Notes: a model not told the origin generated them from the letters alone. A DNA stretch of 64,000 nucleotides from Candidatus Latescibacterota bacterium (GCA_965221775.1 CBDCSU010000006.1:1056001-1120000); one strand, 5' to 3'; counted from the stretch's first letter, positions 39,297-49,383 are shown. Numbers and translations: made by a program.

Positions 39297-39517
39297 TTGC
39301 AGACCACGATCCGAGACATTCCGGAGGACTTGGAGCAACGCGCTTCGACAACGGGCGCGCAGGTCGGGCGAGAGCCGCGGAAGCCGTGGGCCTGAACCCG
39401 CCCCCCAAGAAGAGGGACCTTTCCGCGCTGGCCGGCACCTGGAGCCAGGAGGAAGCGGACGAGTTCGATCGCCAGGTCCGCTGGTCTGAGCAGATCGATG
39501 CGGAGCCATGGCGATGA
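39297..39517 (+). pseudogene. Decayed ribbon-helix-helix antitoxin (FitA/VapB-like); no toxin follows
   Basis: Pieces in three frames: (L)QTTIRDIPEDLE, ALRQRARRSGES and AEAVGL...RDLSALAGTW...EQIDAEPWR*. TTGACA upstream at 39198. Confidence 0.6.
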
Positions 39518-39559
39518 TCCCGTGCCGGCGCCCCGGTTGACCGCCATGGAGGAGATATC

Positions 39560-40561
39560 ATGTCCACACCCCTGAACGCCGCCGTCATCGGCTGCGGCGG
39601 CCACGCCCAGGGCCACTTCAGCATGATCGCCGAGGAGCCGCGCCTGCGGCTGGCCGGGGTCTGCGACCTCGACCCGGAGAGGCTGGCCCGGGCGGTGGAG
39701 GAGCACGGGCCGGTGCCCGGCTTCCAGGACTACCGCCAACTCCTGGACGAGGTCGAGCTCGATGTGGTCCACGTGGTTACCATGCCCGGCCACCTGTTGC
39801 CCATCGTCCTGGATGTGCTCGGCCGCGGCCTGCACGTCTCGGTGGAGAAGTCGCCGGGCATGACCTCGGAGGAGACGCGGCAGATGGCCGAGGCGGCGGC
39901 GGCTTCGGAGGGCAAGGCGATCGTCTCCCTCAACCGCCGCTACTACCCCGAGGTGCTGGCCGTGCGCCGGCTGGTGCAGGAGCGGGGCGGGGCCGTGCAC
40001 GTGGCCGCCACCTACAACAAGCCCCTGATCCGCATCGGCACGCCGGACGTGCCGGGGAGCCCGGACCCGCTGATCTGCGACGCCATCCACCACGTCGACC
40101 TGATCCGCTGGCTCGCCGGCGAGGGGATGACCGCGGCCCGGCCGGTCGCCGTCCACGGGGAGGTCGCCGACGGCGGGCGCACCACCGACCACCGCCACAA
40201 CGCCGTGGTCCGCTTCGACACCGGCGCCATCGGCGTGCTCATGAGCCACTACGGCGTCGGCTTTCGCATCCAGCGCGCCGAGGTCCACGCCGACGACCTG
40301 TCCGCCTACCTGGAGCTGACCCGGGGCCGGCAGGTGGAGCTGTACACGGCCGCCGACGCGGGCGACGGCACGACCCGCGGAGGGCCGGCCGCGGACGAGC
40401 TGGACCTGGAGCCGGTGGGCGGCCCCGACTTCAACGAGGTGAGCCACTTCACCGACTGCATCCTCGAGGACCGCCAGCCCTGGTCCACCCTCGACGACGC
40501 GGTCCTCACCATGCGCCTGTGCGAGGCGATCCGCGCCGGCCACCGGGGGCCGCTGCCTTGA
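39560..40561 (+). CDS. Gfo/Idh/MocA oxidoreductase
   Basis: IGCGGHA, VEKS, NRRY, DAIHHVD. Confidence 0.88.
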   Translation: MSTPLNAAVIGCGGHAQGHFSMIAEEPRLRLAGVCDLDPERLARAVEEHGPVPGFQDYRQLLDEVELDVVHVVTMPGHLLPIVLDVLGRGLHVSVEKSPGMTSEETRQMAEAAAASEGKAIVSLNRRYYPEVLAVRRLVQERGGAVHVAATYNKPLIRIGTPDVPGSPDPLICDAIHHVDLIRWLAGEGMTAARPVAVHGEVADGGRTTDHRHNAVVRFDTGAIGVLMSHYGVGFRIQRAEVHADDLSAYLELTRGRQVELYTAADAGDGTTRGGPAADELDLEPVGGPDFNEVSHFTDCILEDRQPWSTLDDAVLTMRLCEAIRAGHRGPLP

Positions 40562-41394
40562 AGCTCTCCCTGTCGACGCGGGTGGCCGAGAGCTTCTCCG
40601 ACAAGCGGCAGGCGGCGATGCCGCTGGCAGAGCTGGCCGGACTCGCCGCCGGTGAGGGCTACCAGGCGGTCTGCATGCGCGCCTCCCAGGTCGGGATCGA
40701 CTCCTCCCGCGAGGAGGTGGAGACGGCGCGGGAGCTGCTGGCCTCCCGCGGTCTCGGCGTCTCCATGGTCACCGGCGACTTCCCCATCCCCGAGAACTCC
40801 GACGAGGGCCCCGGATCGCTGCGCAACATCACCCCCTATCTGGACCTGGCCGACGGCCTCGACTGCGACCTGCTGCGGGTCTGCATGAAGACGGCCGACG
40901 ACATCGAGTGGGCCCGCCGCGCCGCCGACGAGTCCCGCGAGCGCGGCCTGCGGCTGGCCCACCAGTGCCACACCCGTTCCCTCTTCGAGACCGTCGACGA
41001 GTCGGTGCGGGTGCTGCGCGCCGTCGACCGGACCAACTTCGGCGTCACCTACGAGCCGGCGAACCTCGAGCTGTGCGGCCAGGACTACGGCGCGGCGACA
41101 CTCCAGGCCCTGGCACCCTGGATCTTCAACGTCTACCTGCAGAACCATCGCCTTCACGACGGCGGCGCCGACCGCATCGAGACCTGGTGCCGCGGCCCGG
41201 TCCCCTTCGACCAGATCCCGCTGTGGGAGGACGGCGGCATCGACTTCCCCCGGATCTTCGGGCAGCTCGCGGCCCTCGGCTACGACGGCTGGGTCACCGT
41301 CCACCAGGCCTCGGCCGCCCTCGGCGGCGCCGGGGAGGCCGCCCGCCGCAGCGCCGCCTACCTGCGCTCCATCGGCTCCTTCGACGCGGGCTGA
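40558..41394 (+). CDS. Sugar phosphate isomerase/epimerase (AP_endonuc_2 TIM barrel)
   Basis: TTGA overlap; NFGVTYEPAN, GGIDF, GYDGWVTVH. Confidence 0.75.
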   Translation: MKLSLSTRVAESFSDKRQAAMPLAELAGLAAGEGYQAVCMRASQVGIDSSREEVETARELLASRGLGVSMVTGDFPIPENSDEGPGSLRNITPYLDLADGLDCDLLRVCMKTADDIEWARRAADESRERGLRLAHQCHTRSLFETVDESVRVLRAVDRTNFGVTYEPANLELCGQDYGAATLQALAPWIFNVYLQNHRLHDGGADRIETWCRGPVPFDQIPLWEDGGIDFPRIFGQLAALGYDGWVTVHQASAALGGAGEAARRSAAYLRSIGSFDAG

Positions 41395-41397
41395 CCC

Positions 41398-42825
41398 GTG
41401 GACGACCGGCTTCCCTTCGCGCCCCTGCACGAGCAGGCCTCCCTCATCGCCCACGGCGAGGTGCGCGCCGTGGAGCTGGCCGAGCTCTACCTGGACCGCA
41501 TCGAGCGCTACGACGGCATCCTGAACGCCTATACGGTGGTCACCGCCGAGCGCGCCCTGGCCATGGCCCGCGCCGCCGACGAGTGGACGGACGCCGGCGT
41601 GAGCCGCGGCCCCCTGCACGGCCTGCCGCTGGCCCTCAAGGACCTGATCGACGTGGCCGGGCTGCCCACGGCGGCCGGCTCCCTCATCCTGCGGGACAAC
41701 GTGGCCGCCGGCGACGCCACGGTGGCGCGGCGGCTCTTCGAGGCCGGCGCCGTGCTCCTCGGCAAGACCCACACGGTGGAGTTCGCCTTCGGCGGGGCCG
41801 GCATCAACCACCACTACGGCACCCCCTGGAACCCCTGGGACGCCGAGGTGCAGCGCCTGCCCGGCGGCTCCAGCAGCGGCTCGGCCGTGGCCGCCGCCGC
41901 GGGGCTGGCCGCCGCCGCCATCGGCAGCGACACGGGCGGCTCGGTGCGCATCCCGGCCTCGTTCTGCGGGATCGTCGGGCTCAAGCCGACCTTCGGCCGC
42001 GTCAGCAGCGCCGGCGTCCTGCCCCTGGATCCGCGTCTCGACTCGGTGGGCCCCATGGCCCGCTGCGTCGCCGACGTGGCCCTGCTCTACAGCCTCCTCG
42101 CCGGACCCGACCCCGCCGACCCCGACACCCTGGCGCAGCCCGCCCTCACCGACGACGACTTCGAGGGCGAGGCCGGGGGCACCCGCCTGTGCATTCCGAG
42201 GGAGTACTTCTGGGAGGACGTCGATCCCGAGGTGGAGGGCGCGGTGCGGGCCTCGGCGCAGGTCTTCGCCGACCTCGGCGTCCACGTGGACGAGATCTCC
42301 ATGGAGGAGCTGGACCAGCTGACGGAGCTGCGGGCCCGCAAGAGCCTGATCGCCGTGCAGACCTACGCTACCTACCGCGAGTGGATCGAGGAGCGCGCCG
42401 ATGAGTTCGACCCCATCGTCCACGAGCGCATGCTCGACGGCCGCGACGTGAGCGCCCACGAATACGTGGAGATCAGCCGCGCCTGGGATGCCCTGCGCCG
42501 CCGCACCGCCGAGGCCCTGCGCAACGTCGACGCCCTGCTGGCGCCAGCCACCCCCTTCCCGGCGCTGCCGCTGCAGGAATGCGACGACCGCGGCGAGACC
42601 TACCGCCGCGTTAACGCCCTCTGCCTGCGCAACACCGCCGCCGCCAACCAGCTCGGCCTGTGCTCGATCTCCCTGCCCTGCGGCTTCACCCGCGGCGGCC
42701 TGCCCGTGGGACTGATGCTGATCGGCCGGCCCTTCGAGGAGGCCGGCCTCCTGCGCCTGGCGCGGGCCTACGAATCGGCCGCCGGGTGGAGCGGCCGTCA
42801 CCCCGATCTGGGCGGCTTCGGCTGA
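41398..42825 (+). CDS. Amidase signature enzyme (GatA-like)
   Basis: LKD, GKT, GGSSSGS, GSDTGGSVRIPA. Confidence 0.92.
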   Translation: MDDRLPFAPLHEQASLIAHGEVRAVELAELYLDRIERYDGILNAYTVVTAERALAMARAADEWTDAGVSRGPLHGLPLALKDLIDVAGLPTAAGSLILRDNVAAGDATVARRLFEAGAVLLGKTHTVEFAFGGAGINHHYGTPWNPWDAEVQRLPGGSSSGSAVAAAAGLAAAAIGSDTGGSVRIPASFCGIVGLKPTFGRVSSAGVLPLDPRLDSVGPMARCVADVALLYSLLAGPDPADPDTLAQPALTDDDFEGEAGGTRLCIPREYFWEDVDPEVEGAVRASAQVFADLGVHVDEISMEELDQLTELRARKSLIAVQTYATYREWIEERADEFDPIVHERMLDGRDVSAHEYVEISRAWDALRRRTAEALRNVDALLAPATPFPALPLQECDDRGETYRRVNALCLRNTAAANQLGLCSISLPCGFTRGGLPVGLMLIGRPFEEAGLLRLARAYESAAGWSGRHPDLGGFG

Positions 42826-42836
42826 GTCCTTCCATC

Positions 42837-42865
42837 TTGCGAATGTTGGGGGGTGCCCATAGTTT
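42837..42865 (+). promoter_or_regulatory. Putative sigma70 promoter of tRNA-Glu
   Basis: TTGCGA-N17-TAGTTT, ending about 37 nt before the tRNA. Confidence 0.45.
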
Positions 42866-42902
42866 CGAGCGCCTCCGCAGCACCCGCGTCAGTTCCCGCG
42901 TC

Positions 42903-42977
42903 GCTCCCATCGTCTAACGGTCAGGACTCCAGATTTTCAATCTGGCAACCGGGGTTCGACTCCCCGTGGGAGCACCA
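42903..42977 (+). tRNA. tRNA-Glu (TTC)
   Basis: Acceptor stem GCTCCCA/TGGGAGC, anticodon arm CCAGA-TTTTCAA-TCTGG, T-loop GGTTCGACTCC, encoded CCA. Confidence 0.97.
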
Positions 42978-42980
42978 AAC

Positions 42981-43764
42981 TACCTATTTCGTGCTGTTCC
43001 ACGTGGACAAGATCGGGCGCGAGGACGTGCTGGCCGTCCTGACGCCGATTTGGACCGACAAGCCTGAAACGGCTCGCCGGGTGCGCCGGAGCATCAAGGA
43101 CACACTCGCTTGGGCGCAGGCACACGGCTTCATCGAGCACAACGTGGCGGGAGAGGCCATTGACGGTGCGTTGCCATCCCTGACCAGCGTCAAGAAGCAC
43201 CTTCGAGCCCTGCCCTATCAGGAAGTCGCCGGGGCCTTGGAGACCGCGCAGGCGTCCAATGCCTCGCTGTCGGTCAAGCTCTGCATCCGCTTTCTCGTGC
43301 TGACGGCTTCACGTAGCGGGGAGGCTCGGGGAGCCAGGTGGAGCGAAATCGACTTGGAAGCCCGTGAATGGCGCATCTCCGCTAGCCGGATGAAGGCCGG
43401 CGCCGAGCACCGCGTACCTCTGTGTGACGCCGCCCTCTCAGTGCTTGAACAGGCCCGGGATCTCGATGATGGGAGTGGGTTGGTCTTCCCCTCTCCCTCT
43501 CGCCAAGGGAAGCCCTTGAGCGATATGGCCTTGACCAAATTGCTCCGGGACAACGGCCTTGCCGAACGCACCACGGTCCACGGGTTCCGATCCGCGTTCA
43601 GGACCTGGGCGGACGAGGCTACGGATGCCGACCATGCAATCAAGGAGTTGTCCCTCGCCCATGCCGTGGGCTCACAAGTTGAGCGCGCCTATGCCCGGTC
43701 GGATCTGCTGTCCAAGTGCCGTGAGCTGATGAGCCAGTGGGGAGATTTCGTCACCGGCAGCTGA
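42981..43764 (+). pseudogene. 5'-truncated P4-like tyrosine integrase
   Basis: SRSGEARGA (R), RMKAG (K), HGFRS (HxxR), LAH, RAY (Y). The arm-binding N-terminus and a convincing start are missing. Confidence 0.85.
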
Positions 43765-44128
43765 CGCCGCCCTCAGGGCGAACATAGGCCGCCTTCACTG
43801 GCGGGCTTCTACTTGCCGTCAAATCTGCTCCTTGATCCTGGCGGCCCAGCCTGTTCAGGAACAGCTCCTTCCCCCGTCGTACCCTGAGCCTCACTGGCCG
43901 TGGCCCTCTGACGGTTCGCAGGCGCCGGAGGTACTCGTCCACCTGGAAGCCTTCAGCCAGCTCGCTCACGTAGGTTGCGAGGATCGAGATCGCTTGCTCG
44001 GCCCCCCCGGGCCCTAGGCCAACAGCCTTCACGTCCTCCGACTGGGTGACTACCTCCCCCAGCCCGCCAACCTGCTTTTCTAGCTGGGCAATCCGCTGCT
44101 CCAGCTCGTTAACTCGATCTGCGGTCAT
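43751..44128 (-). CDS. Hypothetical protein with N-terminal coiled coil
   Basis: GGAGG RBS, ATG start, RVNELEQRIAQLEKQV heptad. Confidence 0.5.
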   Translation of the reverse strand: MTADRVNELEQRIAQLEKQVGGLGEVVTQSEDVKAVGLGPGGAEQAISILATYVSELAEGFQVDEYLRRLRTVRGPRPVRLRVRRGKELFLNRLGRQDQGADLTASRSPPVKAAYVRPEGGVSCR

Positions 44129-44820
44129 GTCTGGACCTCCGAAGGGTAAACCGCCGGGGAAACTCGGCGCCTGTGGCGCCTTCTCGCCGTCCGACTAGCA
44201 AAGGCGGGGCCAATCCCTGCACCTTCTGTCCGTCACCGATCCAGGCGGCCCGTACCTTCCCCTGGGAATAGATTGGGTCGCTCCCCGTCACCCCCCTCTG
44301 GCTGGCTCGGAGGCCGGTGACGGTCCACCACCGGCCGGTACCGGATCGACAGTTGGAAGTGCTATTCTGAGCACCTACATTCCGACATGGTTTCGCCTCC
44401 CTCGCACACCCCAAGGGGAGAAATCCATTGACAGAGCGACGGGAAGCGAAGGAGCTTCTATTCCTTCGGCATCTTTGCCGCGCCCTCTCCAGGGTCCAGG
44501 AGGCCCGCTGGCAGATGTACCATGCCCTCGACCTGGAACCCCGGAAACAGGTGAGGACGCAGAGATCGAGCATCTTGCAGCCCTGATCCGAGAGACGGCT
44601 CCTCTCGGACCCCGATGCCGCCGGGGAGCGGCTGAGAGCGGGGCTTGAGCGGGGGGACTTGACTCGCCCGCAACTCACTACTAGGAAGGACGCAAGGGAG
44701 TGGGCCAGCCATATTGCTCCCATTTCAAAGCGGCTCCTACTGACCATGCTCACGTGGCCCCGGCTGAGCTTGGGCCACAGAGATTAGGAGAGCGCCCCCT
44801 CGGGGCCTAGCTATTTTCAG

Positions 44821-45534
44821 ATGGCGTCAAAGTCCCAAGTTCTAGAGGAGTTTTCTCTTTTCTCAGTCCCGACAGGGGGTATCGGCAGTTGGTTGACGAA
44901 GGATACTCATGACGATGTCTTCGCCCGCCTCGCAAAGATCAGTGAGCATCCGCTGCCTGCTGGGCAACTGAACCAACTGTTGGTCCTTGCACATGAAGCA
45001 CCCGTTAGCGACGGATTCTTTGAGTACTACTGGCTCAAGGCGCCCGAACAGCACTGCTACGACGTGCGAGATCTCCCCGGCTATTCCGAAGACTTCCTTG
45101 CTTCAGGGAGTTTCATTACCTCTCTATCTCATCTGAAGTGGGGGCTCTACCGCCTGTATGTCGATGGCCTTCTGTTCTTCGGGAACATCCGCTCCGCGTT
45201 TCACGGCCTTCGTGATCTGAGAGTGTGCGACCTAGAAGCGTTCTTCCGCGCTGAACGACTGGACACAGAGGCTATGAGGCAACGGGGTCCAACTCTGCCT
45301 TTGAAGTTGATTCCGAAGGACAGTCGGTATCTCATTTCGGAAATGGCATGCAAGTCTTACGGGGATACGCCTGGAGTAGAGGGTGATCTCGGAGAGTTCC
45401 TTCTCGAAGCCTATCGAAGACATGCTGCAGCGGGGAATCCCTCGCCAACGATTCGGCAGCTGTTGCATGAGGACGTTCCTGATGCGCGAGGTGGCCCTCT
45501 ACAACACGCAACAGTACCTCTCCGTGCTAAGTGA
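44821..45534 (+). CDS. Hypothetical protein; possibly the N-terminal half of a split gene
   Basis: Protein-like 237-aa ORF whose last ~20 codons overlap the next ORF in the +1 frame. Confidence 0.65.
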   Translation: MASKSQVLEEFSLFSVPTGGIGSWLTKDTHDDVFARLAKISEHPLPAGQLNQLLVLAHEAPVSDGFFEYYWLKAPEQHCYDVRDLPGYSEDFLASGSFITSLSHLKWGLYRLYVDGLLFFGNIRSAFHGLRDLRVCDLEAFFRAERLDTEAMRQRGPTLPLKLIPKDSRYLISEMACKSYGDTPGVEGDLGEFLLEAYRRHAAAGNPSPTIRQLLHEDVPDARGGPLQHATVPLRAK

Positions 45535-46144
45535 ACTCGATGTCTATGTTGCCACTAGTATGAGGACGCGAGAAGACTTCCGGAAAATGGCCGATACTTG
45601 CCAGACGATTTTCTCTAGTCCCGAACTGAAGAAGATGCATCTTCGCCACTTCGATCCGACGCTCAGTGCCGCCGCGGGACACGAAGACAAAGGACTGATC
45701 GAGTGTCTGATGGTGAAGTGCGCCAAGGTCCTTGTATATTGCGCTGGAGAGAAGGAGAGCTACGGAAAAGACGCAGAGGCGGCGATGGCACTGAGTCTTG
45801 GAAAGCCAGTGATCTTCTACTCCGACCAAGAGCAGCGAAGCAGATTTTATCGCGATGTGCATCCGCTGAGTCGTCTCATTGAGTTTGAAACTGGTGTGGC
45901 GGTTGGAGCAATGGTAACGGACAGTCCTGAGGAGGTCTCGCAGCTTCTTTGCAGGATTTTCCAGAACCGGATGGAGTATCGCCTTGAACAGCCGAAGCGC
46001 GGCTTTCTACGCCTCAAGGAGAAGCTAACTGACTCGGTTGTTCGTCTCCAGACGGATGACCAGCTTCTTAGCGAAGCATTCTGGAATCACTATCACAGAG
46101 AAGAGAAGAGGGCTAAGAGAGGTGTGGGAGGAAACTACGGGTGA
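45482..46144 (+). CDS. Nucleoside 2-deoxyribosyltransferase (NDT)-like Rossmannoid domain protein
   Basis: DVYVATSMR, FDPT, AKVLVY, SYGKDAEAAMALSLGKPVIFY resembles the NDT SxGTxxExGxAxALGKPV pattern. GAGGA lies 8 nt before ATG 45482. Confidence 0.6.
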   Translation: MREVALYNTQQYLSVLSELDVYVATSMRTREDFRKMADTCQTIFSSPELKKMHLRHFDPTLSAAAGHEDKGLIECLMVKCAKVLVYCAGEKESYGKDAEAAMALSLGKPVIFYSDQEQRSRFYRDVHPLSRLIEFETGVAVGAMVTDSPEEVSQLLCRIFQNRMEYRLEQPKRGFLRLKEKLTDSVVRLQTDDQLLSEAFWNHYHREEKRAKRGVGGNYG

Positions 46145-46604
46145 TGGGTCTCTTTAGCGGCAACGGCCAGATTTGGCTGGGTAGAGGGGGCGAAAGGTGT
46201 CGGATACCCCTTGGGGGCCCGCGGACGCCCTGCGCTACGCCTACATGCAGGACGGCAATGGGGTCGCACGGGAGGGAGCATCGGGGAGTCTGCTGACATG
46301 CTCCCTTGGAAGGAAACGCGTCCTGCTGGAGAACGTGGCCCCCGGAACGGGCGCGGTGGCGGGAGAAGATTCGAGCGAAGGCTCGTACACCGTGACATGG
46401 CGAGAAGTGATGCTCCGAGAGTGCAGCGGCTGAGGAGTGAGTTCTCGGCGCTTCTGAATCCTCACGAGTGCGAGGACAAAGAGCTGGTGGCGTGCAGCAG
46501 CAACTGGGTGTTATGCCGATGAGGAGCGGAACAAGCCTATGGAGGAGATCGACCTGCGCACCACGCAAGGGGCAAGTGGCCGGTAGAGGCCTTGGGCCTC
46601 CAAG

Positions 46605-47123
46605 ATGACAGATCGATCTCTTACAGACTGCAAGCGACGGCTGCTCGTTCTGTCTTGCTCGCGCCGGAAACGGGTGTCCGAGCGACCCATGCCGGCGATC
46701 GAGCGATACAATGGACCGCTATTCTTGACCTTGCGTCGCTTCCTGCGTATCTGTCCAGAGGGAGCGGGGCCGCTAGACATTTACGTCTTGTCGGCCGCCC
46801 ATGGGCTTATCCCCGGAGGGAAGCCAATCAAGTGGTATGATCGGAGAATGGACTTGAGAAGAGCGATTGAGTTGCAGCCCTCGGTCAAGAGAGCATTCTC
46901 AGAACTCCTACGGAACAACAGCTATTGCTCAATGTGCTTGGCACTCGGAAGGCTGTACTCTAGGGCGCTTGATGACTGGCAAGAGCTGATTCCATCAGAT
47001 GCGGAATGCACAATCGCTAAGGGTCCCTTAGGAGCAAAGGCCCGCGAGCTGAAGAGGTGGCTAAACGGCCCAGAAATAGAGCCACTGCAACAATTGCAGG
47101 AGCAACCAAATGGTCCGCATTGA
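46605..47123 (+). CDS. DUF6884/YaaA-like protein
   Basis: LVLSCSRRK, PAIERYNGPLF, YVLSAAHGLI, WYDRRM. Confidence 0.7.
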   Translation: MTDRSLTDCKRRLLVLSCSRRKRVSERPMPAIERYNGPLFLTLRRFLRICPEGAGPLDIYVLSAAHGLIPGGKPIKWYDRRMDLRRAIELQPSVKRAFSELLRNNSYCSMCLALGRLYSRALDDWQELIPSDAECTIAKGPLGAKARELKRWLNGPEIEPLQQLQEQPNGPH

Positions 47124-47457
47124 AATATTGGAGATAGGACCGGGAGAAGATGAAGCAAAGACGAAGAGAAGAATCGAAATAGACGCAATTGACCCATCGC
47201 AAATACCTCCGGTAAACCAAAGAGCCGGCAGTCTGATCGCGATGCCCGAAATTGAGGGAATCATCGACGAAATCACTCCGATGGATCAGGGGGAGGATCA
47301 GGAGCTGTATTATGCGAGAAACGTGCCCGTTCTCGAAGATGGGAATCTGGCGCGGACTCCGCTAGATCTCCCACACCATACAGGCCTACGAGTTGTGCTA
47401 GAGAGTATTCTTAGGGAATATGGTACGCCGGATAACCTCCAGATACGCCTTAGCTGA
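47110..47457 (+). CDS. Small acidic hypothetical protein
   Basis: AGGAG RBS; overlaps the upstream stop; 115 aa. Confidence 0.7.
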   Translation: MVRIEILEIGPGEDEAKTKRRIEIDAIDPSQIPPVNQRAGSLIAMPEIEGIIDEITPMDQGEDQELYYARNVPVLEDGNLARTPLDLPHHTGLRVVLESILREYGTPDNLQIRLS

Positions 47458-47468
47458 AGGGGGCTTGT

Positions 47469-48575
47469 ATGGCGCAGATTCTATCTCTTGGGGAATTCAA
47501 GACAGCCGCCGGCAGACATCTGTGCAAAGGCACTTGGACTCTAGAATATCACGACCGAACGCATCTGCCAAGGGGTGCTTTCGTTGCTCTTGCAAGCATC
47601 GAGATCGAAGATGGAGGACCAGGTGGCAACTGGTTTTTTCGCTTCGAGCCCAAGTCGCACACTGGTCTCGCGAAGGGTTTCGAAGCCGCTGAGAAGCTCT
47701 TCAGCAAGGGAATGGAAGCGACGAAGGCGGCTAAGGTTAGCCTGGATCAAATCAGGGAGTCGTTGGTTCGAGTGGGTCTCCTACAGCCGCGCTTTGAAAT
47801 AGAGGGTTCTCACTCTCTGGAGTGTAGTCGGTTTGCGATTGTCATATTGGATACCAACGCGCTGCGAAGTGGCTCGGCCTACCATCTACAGGAGCAATTC
47901 CCCGATACTCGGATTTGGATGGTCGTTCCAAGTGTCACATTGATGGAAATTGGGGAGAGGCTTGCTAGTGTGGCAAGCAGAGATAGAGGGGGATGTAAGC
48001 CTCAGAACAGTGCTCTCCTCAGGACGCGGCCCCAGGTTACAATTGCGCCTGGGGAGATAATGAGGATAAGGGAGCAGTTCCCTGCAGAGACGTTAGAACT
48101 AGCTCCGGAGTTGCTCCGCGTCTTTCGGGGCTACGAGACGAGACATGGGGACAAGGAGCCTGATCGAGTCTCCATCAACGACCGGCTGATTCTGGAGAGC
48201 ATTAAGGATCTTCAGCGGCAGCGCAATGTGTCCTCGGGCGTGTACTTGATGTCCGGAGACAAGGATATTTCCCGGTTGGCTCATCTTGAAGGGATTCAGA
48301 CGATTTTTCCGGAAGTGCCAGACCTGGAAACGACGGGCATCTACTCAGTGCGGTACTCGTTAGAGTCTCGCGCACATGTGGTGTGCTCCATCTTCCGACT
48401 GCTGTGGGACTTGGCCCATGTCTTCAGTTGTATCCGGATGAGCAGAGATGGAGCGCCGGGCGGGGAGAGCGACTTGGCACTGTCCTACTACTACGAGTCA
48501 AAGCTGGTGAAGGATTGGGCAGACGACAAACTGGAGGTGCAAGTTGGACCCGGTTGTCCCAGCGACGCTGTTTAG
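47469..48575 (+). CDS. PIN-domain nuclease-like protein with N- and C-terminal extensions
   Basis: VILDTNAL, VVPSVTLMEI, SINDRLILE, LMSGDKDI (PIN acidic residues). Confidence 0.78.
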   Translation: MAQILSLGEFKTAAGRHLCKGTWTLEYHDRTHLPRGAFVALASIEIEDGGPGGNWFFRFEPKSHTGLAKGFEAAEKLFSKGMEATKAAKVSLDQIRESLVRVGLLQPRFEIEGSHSLECSRFAIVILDTNALRSGSAYHLQEQFPDTRIWMVVPSVTLMEIGERLASVASRDRGGCKPQNSALLRTRPQVTIAPGEIMRIREQFPAETLELAPELLRVFRGYETRHGDKEPDRVSINDRLILESIKDLQRQRNVSSGVYLMSGDKDISRLAHLEGIQTIFPEVPDLETTGIYSVRYSLESRAHVVCSIFRLLWDLAHVFSCIRMSRDGAPGGESDLALSYYYESKLVKDWADDKLEVQVGPGCPSDAV

Positions 48576-49383
48576 CGTCTTGGACAGGTTGGCAACAAGG
48601 ATGGGGCCTGTCCGAATAGCCGATCTGGAATCTACGCGCCGGTTCTCCAATCGGCGCTTCGCTGAAATTGGGAGAGTAATCGAGGGCCTCGGCCTTGCGC
48701 AGCGGGTAGGCCAAACGCTAGTACCGACTGGAGCGTTGGGACCCTTTGTTTCCTATTGGGAGCAAGGAGATCTTGATGGGATTAGCGGTTTCTTTCAACG
48801 ATATGTCCCGTACGACGCTTTCCGTGGATACCTGCAAGCGGAGAGATGCATTGCTCTGCCGCGGAAGGGCGAGCGAGGGGCACGGCGCAGGATGGGCAAA
48901 GAGTTGAGGTCCGGCGGCACCGGACTGACCTTCGTAGCTATTGATACCTTCAAGTGGTGGGGGATGGCGGTCGGGGAGGTGTATCTGTCGCCCTTCGGAG
49001 AGAGAGAGATCTACTGGGGTGGGGAGCGGCCCGCATTGGATGAGTTCGAAGCAATACTACAAGTTGAGTATGCGGAGATCCGGCCATTGGATGGGTTCGC
49101 GAACGTTGGGAGGCTGGCGGACCGTGTCTGCCGGCAGCTTTGCATTTCATTTCCGTGCTTTGAGAGGCTCTTCCTGGGACTGTGGCAGCGCCGGAGGTTT
49201 GCCACGGGGACATCCTTACAGCGCGGCCACCGAGGAAGAGGGGCGATACAGATCCTTCGGCCTCGGTCAGAAGCAAAGAGGCGCGGACTCCCGGTTGAGT
49301 GGACGGCTAAGCGTTTTGTGGAGGACGGTTTGGTGATCCATGGCCGGAGCGTTAAGGTGGTCAAACTTAGGCCAGGGCCTTAG
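48544..49383 (+). CDS. Hypothetical basic protein, probably with winged-helix domains
   Basis: GGAGG before TTG; IEGLGLAQR and FEAILQVEYAEI...VGRLADRVCRQLCISFPCFERLF patterns. Confidence 0.65.
   Translation: MDPVVPATLFSVLDRLATRMGPVRIADLESTRRFSNRRFAEIGRVIEGLGLAQRVGQTLVPTGALGPFVSYWEQGDLDGISGFFQRYVPYDAFRGYLQAERCIALPRKGERGARRRMGKELRSGGTGLTFVAIDTFKWWGMAVGEVYLSPFGEREIYWGGERPALDEFEAILQVEYAEIRPLDGFANVGRLADRVCRQLCISFPCFERLFLGLWQRRRFATGTSLQRGHRGRGAIQILRPRSEAKRRGLPVEWTAKRFVEDGLVIHGRSVKVVKLRPGP

Noticed and set aside
42853-42980. Integrase ORF apparently starting upstream of and reading through the tRNA
   Set aside because: Chance open frame across tRNA-Glu; integrase similarity begins only after the CCA.
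44130-44820. Possible excisionase/HTH remnant or structured RNA
   Set aside because: Only vague similarity across frames; no supportable ORF or fold.
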